From Rubripirellula sp. (GTDB lineage: Bacteria > Planctomycetota > Planctomycetia > Pirellulales > Pirellulaceae), in NCBI GenBank assembly GCA_965216875.1, contig OZ244207.1, forward strand, positions 2,400,001 through 2,464,000: 64,000 nucleotides of DNA. The letters are read 5' to 3'. Position 1 is the first letter of the stretch. Each line of letters starts with the position of its first letter. Position numbers and translations under genes: made by a program. Shown in pieces: positions 47,501 to 56,975 of this stretch. The notes under the pieces are model-generated. The model had not been told where the DNA came from, made no database searches, and worked only from the letters and a program-made list of their open reading frames with translations.

Positions 47501-48081
47501 AGGTTTTCTTCATCACCTTGCTTGAGCATCTTCACCGCAACGACGCGATCGATCGACGATTGCTTCGCACTGTAGACGACCCCCATTCCACCTTTCCCAA
47601 TCACCTGCAAAAGGTGATAGTCCTCGGCGTCGGCATCATCCCCCGCGTCTTCGTCGATCTCGTGCCGCGTCGTCCGCTTGTTGATCGGCAACCGAACCGA
47701 CTGCTGAGCCTCGACGTCGACTTCGCCCTTGATCGTATGCGAGGCGTAGTTATCGCTGCTGGCAGCGCGAGACCACGTCGCGGTCACGTGACGCATTGTC
47801 TCGCCAGCCTTTTTACCGCTAGGCTCAACGGGAGCGCTGTCCAAAACAAAGGTCTCAGCACTTTCGATCTCTGGGCTTTCGATCCCAGCACTGTCGCCTC
47901 GGCTCATCGCGCGCACCCGATCCTCTAGCTCCGATCCGGGATGCTGAATCTCCTCGAGAACCTGCGAGCAGATCTCGCACGTCTCCAAATGCTTCTCAAT
48001 CGAATCAGCCACCGAGTCGGGCAATGAGAACGAGAGCCACTTTTGCAGCGTGTCGCGATCCGGGTGATCAGAATCGGTCAT
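44560..48081 (-). CDS. Membrane Ser/Thr kinase: zf-HC2-like, kinase, TPR-like, TM, helical sensor, TM, signal-like segment, repeat domain
   Basis: HLETCEIC; IGKGGMG, VAVK, HRDIKPEN, DWG, APE; TM at ~aa 522-541 and ~832-853. Confidence 0.88.
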   Translation of the reverse strand: MTDSDHPDRDTLQKWLSFSLPDSVADSIEKHLETCEICSQVLEEIQHPGSELEDRVRAMSRGDSAGIESPEIESAETFVLDSAPVEPSGKKAGETMRHVTATWSRAASSDNYASHTIKGEVDVEAQQSVRLPINKRTTRHEIDEDAGDDADAEDYHLLQVIGKGGMGVVYSAKQSSIDRVVAVKMLKQGDEENLSRRRLFLQEAVVTADLDHPGIVPVHELGHNEEGTLFYSMKKVAGQTWRDVIGKKPDEENVELLMRVADAVAFAHSRGIVHRDIKPENVMLGRFGEVWLMDWGLAQPTPEYGKTALTTKQQMGGTPAYMAPEMAYGKDRIGPLSDIYLLGATLYQIVAGFPPHRGKTVMKCLLAAARNEIVPTDQTGGLVDVAIKAMATSPEDRYQTVEEFQEAIREWISHRESEAIAASASEMLEAATVTGNYQDFVRAIFGFEQAQNLNPANTRIDAQLADAQLAYAQAAYHRGDYDLAESLLDEDIAHHGELFSAVRVAKAEQFLDAQKLKRQQVALRSLLAAVAVLLVMGMFVASQLRSSALQLANVNEPAMAASLSLQSGIRRSLGALRGWVALGDEQFKAARSNAWAEEIRPQVAILTKIATDANNPESGQRLEQLNSMLDQLYEEQWWIEEVAQTPGNQPALDLLQRDIEPVESSIVSAFASLIDLEQATHSDDDIESVKVASAETNTVWATYARMQLDFSQTHRLLIDAVNDTHSTSAEGFSDRLKQLQLTVDELVTRDPELPQRELKRLEWIKGEIEVYRRLAQQALRLRASPQANVALWRLQTQALPTSQKTEKLLSDVVDEIQKATEENSMQINRVSLLAMTVGANIAIGVALAGVLSLMRRASVKKSLLASALVLCCSLSAQADESRADNNVVPGDVFANAQVVLGDLDLIRREMGKPRSEVVNVPVKNAEPHEVYFQALTLFEKVDELGFEITRTRAARPTRPQGSIQPANVLELVKVIQSRLETIKSTLGIETKVALPPVDRAKKPNDVFVAITVANRQANLLVERQFTPSDVFQQTTLAVSYCSNLLADVPGAVALPAEPAFERAKTPADVYRRLIACFARVRKIADVSGIKMLELEVADEAIAEATPSDVYDIASLLVSELAYLHTKHGGQRQPRRVFNPGRKFPSHCFQRAGMLENQIRQLEQYALANPNWLK

Positions 48082-48246
48082 TCAGGCGTCGGTGAGGTGT
48101 TTTGGCAGGTCTTTGTTTGGCCGCGTTTGGGGCGAACCGAACGACAGTGATCATCATGGTGGAATGATCGCCATCGGTCTACGGTGGTCCGCCGATTCCC
48201 CCGCCTCACGCTGGTCTCGGACACAGCCGATTGATCCGATTGCGGC

Positions 48247-50229
48247 TTACTTCTCAACCCGATTCAAATACCCCGTGGTTGTGAATCGAATGAACCACGC
48301 CGCGTCCCCCTCTGTCTCGGCGAACCGATCCATTAGAGCCTGCATTTGCGGGTGCAACGATCGCGCATCCTCACCGAGCATCTCCACCGCCCGAGCCGCC
48401 CGCAAAACGACGTCAAGACGATCGCCCTCCAGCATCGACGCAAGGACCGCTAGCGCTGGGTCGAGCTCGCCGTGCCTTGCGAGCGCCGTCGCGGCCTCAA
48501 TTCGGACCATTTCGTCCACGTCGTGCAGGGCCTCGGTAAGGCGACGACTGCTTTTCGGGTCGAGCGATGGGCAGGCGCTCAAAGCAACCATCGCCCAATA
48601 GCGAACCGCAGCATCGTGGCTTGTCGTCCAGCGCCGGATTTCGGATTCCTTGCCAGATCCGATAAGTTTGACTACCTCCAAGATTGTCTCGAGGTCGTAG
48701 GCTTCACTCATTCGCCAAAGCATCGGTGGCTGGTCTTCCGCAATCTTCGTTTGTTGCGTCTCGGGCAAAAAACCAAGATCCTTCGTCTCCAACAACTCCC
48801 GTTCAAGCCGCTCGCTTAACCGTTTGACAACATGCTGGAACTGCGGGCGACTTGCCAAGTTCTCCAGATTCATCGGATCGTTGATGTAATCGTAGAGCTC
48901 GACAGTTTCTCGTTGTGGCCGGACGAAGTGCCAAAGAGAAGGTGTCATCGCACCATCATCCTGTGCCGTGATGCCGTAGAAGACGTGACTCATTTCGCTC
49001 TGATCGACCCAAGCACTTGGTTGGTTGTAACTCAGGTGCGGCATGTAATTCCGGATCAACAGGTAGCGTTTGTCTCGAATGCTCCGCGCCATGTCGACCA
49101 CCTCATCGATTCGATCACGATGACCAAACACATACTCACGTGGCGCAGCTTGGTGCTCACCCAAGAACGGCTGACCGGTCATGTAGTCGTCAAGCTGCTC
49201 GATCCCGGCGAGTCGTTGCACGGTTGGCCCAAAGTCTTCGAAGCTGACCAAGCGATCGCAAGTCTCGCCAGGCGACTTGGGTGCGAGGTGCGCAAACTTT
49301 CTTGGGAAGCGAATCATCAACGGCACGCGCATCCCCGAATCGAGCAACAAACGCTTGTGCCGTGGCATACCCGAACCATGGTCCGAATAGAAGAAGACAA
49401 TCGTGTTCTCGTCCAGGCCGTCTTTGCGGAGATCATCAAGGATCTTCCCAACCTGTGTATCCATGTAGGAAACACAGTCGTAGTAGCGCGCGACCGTTTT
49501 GCGAATCAGCGGCGTGTCGGGATAGTAGGGTGGCAACGGGACCGCTTTCGGGTCGTGCAGGTTACCCGTGGGCATCTGCGACTGGATCTCTTTGACAAAC
49601 TCGTCGTAACTCCACACCATCGTGCGTGACTGGTGCGTGGTCATGAGATTGAAGACGGCGAAAAAGGGCTGGTCGCCATTCCGATTTCGCCAGGTCGCCT
49701 GCGAACTATTTTCGTCCCAGCAGACACGAATGATCTCTTCCGCGCTCGAGGTGTTGTAGTCGGTTTTGACGTTGTTGGTTGTGTAGTAGCCAAGGTCGCG
49801 CAACCGGGCCGGAAACCCCATAACCGAGTCGGGCAACGGAAACTCGCTGCGCATGTTGTGCGTGCCCAAAACAGGAGCTTGTGTCCCGGTGATCAAACAG
49901 CTGCGCGATGGCGAGCACACGGGTGAACTCGCAAACGCGTGAGAGAATTTCACCGAGGTTTTCGCAAACGCATCGAGGTTGGGAGTGTCCGCGAAGGTAT
50001 CGCCGTAACAACCCAGCGTTGGGCTCATGTCCTCGACGGTGATCCACAGGATGTTGGGGCGACCTTCGGCTCCGCTAACGGTTGTTGCTGCCCCAACCAT
50101 GCAAATCAGCGCGACGACCTGGCACGCGAAAAGAACGACCTGTGATCGTATTCTCGCCGCAACTTGCGGCCGAACGCTTCCTGGAGATTCAATGCCGGTG
50201 CGGTTTCGTGTATTGTATTGAGACTTCAT
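48247..50229 (-). CDS. Formylglycine-dependent sulfatase with C-terminal HEAT repeats
   Basis: RPNILWITVED, CSPSRS, YSDHG, ELYD; DAAVRYWA and DEMVRIEAA. Start uncertain. Confidence 0.92.
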   Translation of the reverse strand: MKSQYNTRNRTGIESPGSVRPQVAARIRSQVVLFACQVVALICMVGAATTVSGAEGRPNILWITVEDMSPTLGCYGDTFADTPNLDAFAKTSVKFSHAFASSPVCSPSRSCLITGTQAPVLGTHNMRSEFPLPDSVMGFPARLRDLGYYTTNNVKTDYNTSSAEEIIRVCWDENSSQATWRNRNGDQPFFAVFNLMTTHQSRTMVWSYDEFVKEIQSQMPTGNLHDPKAVPLPPYYPDTPLIRKTVARYYDCVSYMDTQVGKILDDLRKDGLDENTIVFFYSDHGSGMPRHKRLLLDSGMRVPLMIRFPRKFAHLAPKSPGETCDRLVSFEDFGPTVQRLAGIEQLDDYMTGQPFLGEHQAAPREYVFGHRDRIDEVVDMARSIRDKRYLLIRNYMPHLSYNQPSAWVDQSEMSHVFYGITAQDDGAMTPSLWHFVRPQRETVELYDYINDPMNLENLASRPQFQHVVKRLSERLERELLETKDLGFLPETQQTKIAEDQPPMLWRMSEAYDLETILEVVKLIGSGKESEIRRWTTSHDAAVRYWAMVALSACPSLDPKSSRRLTEALHDVDEMVRIEAATALARHGELDPALAVLASMLEGDRLDVVLRAARAVEMLGEDARSLHPQMQALMDRFAETEGDAAWFIRFTTTGYLNRVEK

Positions 50230-50353
50230 CGTCTGCGTCTGCTTGGAGTTTTCCGGAACCTTCGACGGACAGTCGGACCTTGTCCTTTTGCTCAATGGTC
50301 GTGGTCGCCAACAATCGAAACTGGCGACCCACTTATGCCGGATTGGAACAACG

Positions 50354-51745
50354 ATGGCCACCCATTTTCGGTTGCGAAGCATCGCAATTGTAATCCCCCT
50401 CGCGGGCGCGATTCTTGCTGGCTGCACACCGCCTCAAAACAAGTACGAAGCGCCGCCGCCCCCCGAAGTCACCGTTGCCAAGCCCGTTCAGCAGACGGTC
50501 ACCCTCTTTCTCGAAAAGACTGGGCAAACCGAGGCCGTTGAATTCGCCGAGGTTCGATCGCGAGTTCGTGGGTTTATCGAAGAGATCAAGTTTGAACCCG
50601 GCCAACGGGTAAAAATCGGTGAAGTGATCTACGGCATCGAAAAGGACACGTACACCGCCGCTCGTGATTCGGCCCAAGCATCGGTCACCGCGGCGATCGC
50701 AGCCGTCTCGGTTGCCGAGGGAACGGTCGAAGTTCAGAAGGCGGAAGTGCTGCGTGCCAATCGCGACTACGACCGCCAGGAATCTCTGAAGGCTCAGAAC
50801 GCAACCTCCATTGCCGAATACGATGCGGCGCTGGCTGCCCGGGACGCGGCAGCGGCGAATCTGATCTCCGCCCAAGCCGCCGTGAAAGCAGCCAAGGGCG
50901 AGCAGGCTCAAGCAGAAGCCCAACTCAAACAAGCCAACCTCGATCTCGGCTATACCGACGTCGCGGCGCCTATCTCAGGTCGGATCTCCAAAACCGAAAT
51001 CAAACTCGGCAACCTTGTCGACAATGGTCAAGCATTGGCGTCGGTGACGAACAATCGATTCATCTTCGTTAACTTCACCCTGAGCGACCGAGAAATCCTT
51101 CAAATTCAAAAAGCGAGAATCGCTGAAGATCCCGAACGGGGCGCCGAACCTGAACCACGTGATTGGACTGCGATCCCAGTGTTTGTGCGTCGTGAACTCG
51201 ATGATGGTTACCCTTTCATTGGTCATCTCGAATACTTCGACACCAAAGGCATCAATGCCGCAACCGGTACTCTCGACTTACGTGCCGCATTTGACAATGA
51301 CGAAGAGTACTTGTTCCCGGGGCTCTTCGTTCACGTTCGCATACCAATCGCCCAACAGGAGAATGCACTTGTCGTTCCGGAGCGAGCCGTCGGACGAAAT
51401 GACGTTGGCGTATTTGTCCTTGTCGTTGGCGAAGGCAACAAAATCGAGCGCAGAATCGTCGAGACCGGTCAGAAACTTGACGGTTGGGTCGTCATCGCAA
51501 AGGGACTTGAGCCAACCGATTCCGTCGTGATCGACGGACTTCAGCGTTCGCGTCCAGGCATTGAGGTCACGCCAAACGAGACTCCGTTGACGACCGAGGA
51601 TTCGCCCTTCTTGCAGTTTGAACCACCGGACATGTCCGAGATCGAAACCTACGAGCCGGGCAAGGAACAGAAACCGTTCAAACAGAACATTGACGAGTCG
51701 GAACCAGTCACTCCAGCACCACAACCAGCGACGGACGGTGCTTGA
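50354..51745 (+). CDS. RND efflux periplasmic adaptor subunit (lipoprotein)
   Basis: Lipobox ILAGC; EVRSRVRGFI, APISGRI, GTLDLRA, LFPGLFV. Confidence 0.93.
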   Translation: MATHFRLRSIAIVIPLAGAILAGCTPPQNKYEAPPPPEVTVAKPVQQTVTLFLEKTGQTEAVEFAEVRSRVRGFIEEIKFEPGQRVKIGEVIYGIEKDTYTAARDSAQASVTAAIAAVSVAEGTVEVQKAEVLRANRDYDRQESLKAQNATSIAEYDAALAARDAAAANLISAQAAVKAAKGEQAQAEAQLKQANLDLGYTDVAAPISGRISKTEIKLGNLVDNGQALASVTNNRFIFVNFTLSDREILQIQKARIAEDPERGAEPEPRDWTAIPVFVRRELDDGYPFIGHLEYFDTKGINAATGTLDLRAAFDNDEEYLFPGLFVHVRIPIAQQENALVVPERAVGRNDVGVFVLVVGEGNKIERRIVETGQKLDGWVVIAKGLEPTDSVVIDGLQRSRPGIEVTPNETPLTTEDSPFLQFEPPDMSEIETYEPGKEQKPFKQNIDESEPVTPAPQPATDGA

Positions 51746-54700
51746 TGTCAAAGTTCTTTATCTACCGCCCCATCTTTGCGACCGTGATCTCAATTGTGAT
51801 TGTGATCTCGGGAGTGGTGTCGTTCGGGGCACTGCCCGTCGCGAAGTTCCCCGAGATTTCGCCGCCAACCGTCAAGGTCACGGCCGTGTATCCGGGTGCC
51901 GACGCGCGAACGATCGCCGAAACGGTCGCGACACCCATTGAACAAGAAGTCAACGGCGTCGAAGGCATGCTCTACATGTCGTCGACGTGTGCCAGCGACG
52001 GTTCATACAACCTCACGGTCACGTTCGATCTTGGAACCGACATGGACATGGCGTCCGTTTTGGTCCAGAACCGTGTCGGGATCGCCGAACCCAAACTTCC
52101 GAGCGAAGTCCGCGCGCAGGGCATCACAACCAAGAAGCAATCGACGCAGATTCTTCAGTTCATCACGCTCAACTCGCCCGACAACACCTACGACGCACTC
52201 TACCTGAGCAACTACTCGCTGCGCATTAAAGATGAATTGAGCCGAATCGCGGGGGTCGGAGAAGTCACGGTGTTCGGCACCGGCGACTACAGCATGCGCG
52301 TGTGGCTGGACCCGCAAAAACTGAAACAACGCAGCTTGACCACCCAAGACGTCGTCGCTGCGGTCCAAGAGCAGAATATTCAGGTCGCGGCTGGCCAAAT
52401 TGGTGCAGCGCCCGCGCCCGAATCGACGCCCTTTGAACTCTCGGTCAACACGCAGGGGCGTTTGGTTGAGAAGGAAGAATTCGAGAACATTATCATCCGC
52501 GCCGAAGGGCGCGGCCGCGTCCTCCGCGTCAAGGACGTCGCTCGTGTTGAACTGGGATCCAAGGTTTACACGTACGACTCGAGATTCAACGGCGAACCCT
52601 CCTCGTCGATTGGAATTTATCAGTTGCCTGGTGCGAACGCATTGAACACGGCAGAGTTGGTCCGCGAGCGAATGGAACAACTGGCATCGGCGAGCAATTG
52701 GCCGGAAGGACTCGTCTACGGAATCCCCTTTGACTCGACACTCTTCGTCCAGGCGTCGATTTCGGAAGTCTACGACACCTTGTTTGTCGCGGTCGTCCTT
52801 GTCGTGGTCGTGATCTTTATCTTCCTTCAAGATTGGCGTGCCACGATCATTCCTGTCGCCGCGATTCCCGTTTCGTTGATCGGGACGTTCGCGATCATGA
52901 CGGGCCTCGGATTCTCGATCAACATGCTTTCGCTGTTCGGGGTTGTCCTTGCGATCGGGATTGTTGTCGACGACGCAATCGTCGTTGTCGAAAACGCGAC
53001 GCGGCACCTCTCGGATGGCTTGGCGCCGAAAGAAGCAGCCGTGAAAGCCATGGACGAGATCACCGGCCCCGTGATCGCGACCACATTGGTCCTGCTGGCG
53101 GTGTTTGTTCCGAGTGCGTTCATGCCAGGCATCACCGGCCAACTGTTCCGACAGTTCGCGTTGACCATTTCGGCCGCCGTGATCATCAGTACGATCAACG
53201 CGTTGACACTCAGCCCCGCGCTGTGCGGATTGATCCTGCGACAGCCCAAGGAATCGAGCTTCATCGGATTCAAGTTGTTCAACTTTGGTTTTGACAAAGC
53301 GACAGCGGCCTACGGGTTTGTCATTGGCCGCTTCGTTCGCGTCGTCTCGATCATCCTTCTGATTTACTTTGGACTGGTCGGGTTGACCGGTTACACGTTC
53401 AGCTCGTTGCCAACCGGTTTTGTTCCCGATGAGGACCAGGGATACCTGTTCGTCAACGTTCAACTCCCCGATGCGGCATCGTCCAACCGCACACGTCAAG
53501 TCATGACCGACTTGGACGACATTTACGAAAACACCCCTGGCGTCGATTCGGTACTTTCCATCGCCGGCTATTCGTTGCTTGGCGGACACGCAGGTTCGAA
53601 CATCGGCTTCTCCATTATCATCTTGAAGCCGTGGGACGAACGAACAACGCCCGAGACTCAGATTGGCTCGATCGTCCAACACTTGCAAGGCAAGTTCGCC
53701 GGCGTGCAGCGTGCGGTCGCATTCCCCTTCACGCCGCCGCCCATTGACGGCCTCGGCAGCGCTGGTGGTTTCCAAATGGAAGTCCAAGATCGCGGTGGCG
53801 TTGGGTACGCAGAATTGCAATCAACGGCCGAAGACCTGGTCGAGGCTGGTGGTGGACAGAGTGGACTTTCTGCGCTCAATACAACCTTCCGCGCGAACGT
53901 CCCACAGCTCTACGCCGACGTTGATCGAACCAAAGCGAAGTCGATGGACATCCCGCTTGCGACCGTCTTTGGAACTTTGCAGGCTTACCTCGGATCGGCT
54001 TACGTCAACGACTTCACCTACAACAATCGATCCTATCAAGTACGACTCCAAGCCGAATCGGAATTCCGTGATTCGGCGGACGACATCGTCAATCTTGATG
54101 TCCGCGATTCGTCGGGGCAAATGATCCCGCTTGGCTCGATCGTAAACGTCGAGGAGACCTTTGGGCCCGCGGTTGTGAAACGCTACAACCTTTACCCTAG
54201 TGCCTCGATCAACGGTTCTGCAGCGGCCGGCTTCAGCTCGGGTGAAGCATTGAACTTGATGGAGGACATGGCCGACTCGCGGATGTCGCCTGCGTTCGGA
54301 TACGAATGGACGGGGATGTCGTACCAAGAGAAACTGGCCGCAGGCGGGCAGGGCACGGTGTTCTTCCTGGCGGTGGTCTTCGTATTCCTCGTGCTTGCCG
54401 CCCAGTATGAAAGCTGGACGAGTCCGGCCGCAGTGATCGCGGTCGTTCCGCTCGCGGCGCTCGGCGTCGTGATTGCGTTGTTGGTTCGTGGTGCCGAAAA
54501 CAACACCTACACGCAAATTGGCGTCGTCCTGCTTGTGGCGTTGGCCAGTAAGAACGCGATTCTGATTGTCGAATTTGCTAGCGAGCAGCGGAAAGCGGGC
54601 ATGGGAATCAGGGATGCTGCCGTCGCAGCGGCTCGCCTGCGTTTCCGCGCGATTCTGATGACGGCGTTTTCATCGATCCTCGGTTTTCTGCCATTGCTTG

Positions 54701-54915
54701 TTGCCGCCGGCGCTGGTGCAGCGAGTCGTCAAGCAGTCGGCAATGCTGTGGTGGGTGGAATGATCGCCGCAACGGTCTTCTCACTCCTGTTTGTTCCGAC
54801 CTTCTTTGTCGTCTTTCAAATTATCGCTGAATGGCGAAGCGAACCCAAAGACGACACCGACCCTGATCCGGAACCTGCCCCAGAACCAAAACCTGAGCCG
54901 GAACCAGCTCAGTAG
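51745..54915 (+). CDS. RND efflux permease (HAE1/AcrB family)
   Basis: FFIYRPIFA, YSMRVWLDP, GIVVDDAIVVVEN, KNAILIVEF; ATG overlaps the adaptor TGA. Confidence 0.96.
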   Translation: MSKFFIYRPIFATVISIVIVISGVVSFGALPVAKFPEISPPTVKVTAVYPGADARTIAETVATPIEQEVNGVEGMLYMSSTCASDGSYNLTVTFDLGTDMDMASVLVQNRVGIAEPKLPSEVRAQGITTKKQSTQILQFITLNSPDNTYDALYLSNYSLRIKDELSRIAGVGEVTVFGTGDYSMRVWLDPQKLKQRSLTTQDVVAAVQEQNIQVAAGQIGAAPAPESTPFELSVNTQGRLVEKEEFENIIIRAEGRGRVLRVKDVARVELGSKVYTYDSRFNGEPSSSIGIYQLPGANALNTAELVRERMEQLASASNWPEGLVYGIPFDSTLFVQASISEVYDTLFVAVVLVVVVIFIFLQDWRATIIPVAAIPVSLIGTFAIMTGLGFSINMLSLFGVVLAIGIVVDDAIVVVENATRHLSDGLAPKEAAVKAMDEITGPVIATTLVLLAVFVPSAFMPGITGQLFRQFALTISAAVIISTINALTLSPALCGLILRQPKESSFIGFKLFNFGFDKATAAYGFVIGRFVRVVSIILLIYFGLVGLTGYTFSSLPTGFVPDEDQGYLFVNVQLPDAASSNRTRQVMTDLDDIYENTPGVDSVLSIAGYSLLGGHAGSNIGFSIIILKPWDERTTPETQIGSIVQHLQGKFAGVQRAVAFPFTPPPIDGLGSAGGFQMEVQDRGGVGYAELQSTAEDLVEAGGGQSGLSALNTTFRANVPQLYADVDRTKAKSMDIPLATVFGTLQAYLGSAYVNDFTYNNRSYQVRLQAESEFRDSADDIVNLDVRDSSGQMIPLGSIVNVEETFGPAVVKRYNLYPSASINGSAAAGFSSGEALNLMEDMADSRMSPAFGYEWTGMSYQEKLAAGGQGTVFFLAVVFVFLVLAAQYESWTSPAAVIAVVPLAALGVVIALLVRGAENNTYTQIGVVLLVALASKNAILIVEFASEQRKAGMGIRDAAVAAARLRFRAILMTAFSSILGFLPLLVAAGAGAASRQAVGNAVVGGMIAATVFSLLFVPTFFVVFQIIAEWRSEPKDDTDPDPEPAPEPKPEPEPAQ

Positions 54916-54918
54916 GTT

Positions 54919-54984
54919 CCCGTAGCCACGTTCGCCAGAGCATGGTGAAGCGTGGCCCACCTTCCGGGCGAAGGTAGCTACGGG
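54919..54984. repeat. REP family D inverted doublet
   Basis: cccgtagccacgttcgcc...ggcgaaggtagctacggg; the right arm matches 39561-39581. Confidence 0.75.
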
Positions 54985-55016
54985 GCACATCAACGCGAAG
55001 TATCGGAGAAAGCACC

Positions 55017-55769
55017 ATGTGCATGTTCACGGGTATCAGCACTGTTTCCAACACGAGCATCTTTGCTCGTCTGGAGGGCGTGCAACAGTATCTGGTCTAC
55101 CAAATGTCGTATTCTGCGGCACACGAACTTGCGATGGTGCTTCCGATCCCCGTGCCTGCGGGTTCGCCAGAGGACGCAGTTTCTTTCATTAGCTTTTACG
55201 ACTACGGATACTTCTTTGACGACATGCTCCGTGGTTTCCCCACGCGGGGCTCGACGCTGAGTCTTGACCTCGAGGGTTCGGTTGCCGCAGCGGCAGCATT
55301 GGAGGTGCATGATGTCGGAGACTACGAAGCATCGTTCGTCCCCGGCATCAGTGAATTTGGCCGACTCGATCCGCGGTTTAGGTTTAGCGACGCTATTTGG
55401 AACCAGCTACCACAATATCACGACTATGGATTTGCCGTATTCAAGCTGAAGTCGACTGCCAACTCGACCGATGTGCATCCGATTGCGTTCAAGTTCCCAA
55501 CGCGATTAACAGATTCCGTCTACTTCCCAACCCTGCACATTCACGATGGCTCGCTGCCAAGTAAGGCCAAGTTTGATCACATGCTCTTCTGCCAGGCTCC
55601 GCCCGATTACGAGCCTTCCCTCGGAGACTGGCATCGCTCCTTTGACGTCGCCGCAGAGTTCATTGACATACCGGCCTCGCTGGGAGTGGTGGATCCCAAT
55701 CGTTTCTGTTGGCAGAAAGGACTCAACGGCATGCTAGTCAATGAAGACACCATCATCGCTTCCGAATAG
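55017..55769 (+). CDS. Hypothetical protein (DUF2330-like)
   Basis: ggaga RBS; AMVLPIP, HDVGDYEASF, FAVFKL, HPIAFKF, FPTLHIHDG. Confidence 0.65.
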   Translation: MCMFTGISTVSNTSIFARLEGVQQYLVYQMSYSAAHELAMVLPIPVPAGSPEDAVSFISFYDYGYFFDDMLRGFPTRGSTLSLDLEGSVAAAAALEVHDVGDYEASFVPGISEFGRLDPRFRFSDAIWNQLPQYHDYGFAVFKLKSTANSTDVHPIAFKFPTRLTDSVYFPTLHIHDGSLPSKAKFDHMLFCQAPPDYEPSLGDWHRSFDVAAEFIDIPASLGVVDPNRFCWQKGLNGMLVNEDTIIASE

Positions 55770-55832
55770 CTACGCTTTGTTGTTAAGTTGGTGGAGCGGC
55801 ATCCCTTTGCAGAGTTTTGACTTGAACCGTGA

Positions 55833-56189
55833 ATGCGAGACGCCACTTTGAACGTGCTCTTTGTCTGCTCGAGAAATCAGTGGCGCAGTCCAACTGCCGA
55901 AAGCCTCTATGCGGACCAGCAAGGGATGCACGTCAGATCGCGTGGAACCAGTCGCGCTGCTAAACGTAGGCTAACCGCCGCCGATCTCGAATGGGCCGAC
56001 ATCGTGATCGCGATGGAGAACAAACACCTTTCGAGAATGCGATCTGAATTCCCGCATGCAAGTCGCGCGGTCGAGATGTTTTGCGCCGACATCCCCGACG
56101 ACTACCAATACATGGATCCTGAGCTCCAGCAACTGATCCGCGAGAGCGTTTCACGCATTCTCGATGACGGTCAATCGACCGATGCTTGA
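55833..56189 (+). CDS. Low-molecular-weight protein tyrosine phosphatase-like protein
   Basis: VLFVCSRNQWRSPTAE (CX5R), WADIVIAME, DIPDDY. Confidence 0.9.
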   Translation: MRDATLNVLFVCSRNQWRSPTAESLYADQQGMHVRSRGTSRAAKRRLTAADLEWADIVIAMENKHLSRMRSEFPHASRAVEMFCADIPDDYQYMDPELQQLIRESVSRILDDGQSTDA

Positions 56190-56806
56190 TAGATTGGCCG
56201 TGCAGCTCTGTCGGCTATCCCAAAGACAGTAAATGATTCGCAATCAAAATCAAAGATACCAACGGTGTGACTGTCACGCCCCTTGAGGCTACAGCAAGCC
56301 CCCGGGTTGATGACTCTTTTACCTCGATAGGTCACATCAAACGGGCTGTGCGTGTGACCGACAACGATGAGCTCACAATCAGTCTTGGCAAGATCTTTCT
56401 TAAACCGTTTCGCAAGACGCGAGTCGCCATCCTCGTGAAAAACTCGACCCGCGTTATGCGAAACGGTGGCGTGTGTAACCAGCGTGCTTGTCGTCGCAAA
56501 CAGCCGCCGACATGTGTCCGGCAAGCCCTCGAGATAGTCGATCGTCGAAGTTTGCAGAGGCGTTTCGTCATCACCAACCACCTGACGAAGCCTGTGATGC
56601 CTCACGGCGTTTTCATCATGATTCCCTTTGACGCAAGGAATCTCGAGCTGACGAATCAAGGCAACAACCTGGTCGTGCTCACGCCCTTTCTCGACAAGAT
56701 CGCCTGCGCATACCATCTCGTCGATCCCTTGCTCACCAAACAGGTCGATCGCCGCCTGAAGGGAACCAAGGTCACCGTGCACGTCAGAAAAAAACCCAAT
56801 CTTCAT
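56171..56806 (-). CDS. Metallophosphoesterase (calcineurin-like)
   Basis: SDVHG, AGDLV, KGNHD, GHTH, INPG. Confidence 0.9.
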   Translation of the reverse strand: MKIGFFSDVHGDLGSLQAAIDLFGEQGIDEMVCAGDLVEKGREHDQVVALIRQLEIPCVKGNHDENAVRHHRLRQVVGDDETPLQTSTIDYLEGLPDTCRRLFATTSTLVTHATVSHNAGRVFHEDGDSRLAKRFKKDLAKTDCELIVVGHTHSPFDVTYRGKRVINPGACCSLKGRDSHTVGIFDFDCESFTVFGIADRAARPIYQASVD

Positions 56807-56975
56807 CACTTGGCCGCCGGTCATCTTTAGAAACGTTAGACATCCGACACACTGGATCGATGACCGGTTCGCTAAAACGCCCCTGACAACGCTGTCCGTC
56901 GCAAACGCTCCTTCCAATCCCCCAGTAAAGCCAGCGACCTCAACAACCGCAAACGCTACCAACCGCCAAGCGAGT

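Noticed and set aside
52003..53820. 605-aa antisense ORF (and similar ones such as 29397-30356, 47014-47928 and 24622-25482)
   Set aside because: Shadow ORFs opposite well-supported genes, typical of GC-rich codon usage; no motifs.
50354..54915. RND pair lacking an outer-membrane factor
   Set aside because: Common; TolC-like partners are often encoded elsewhere.
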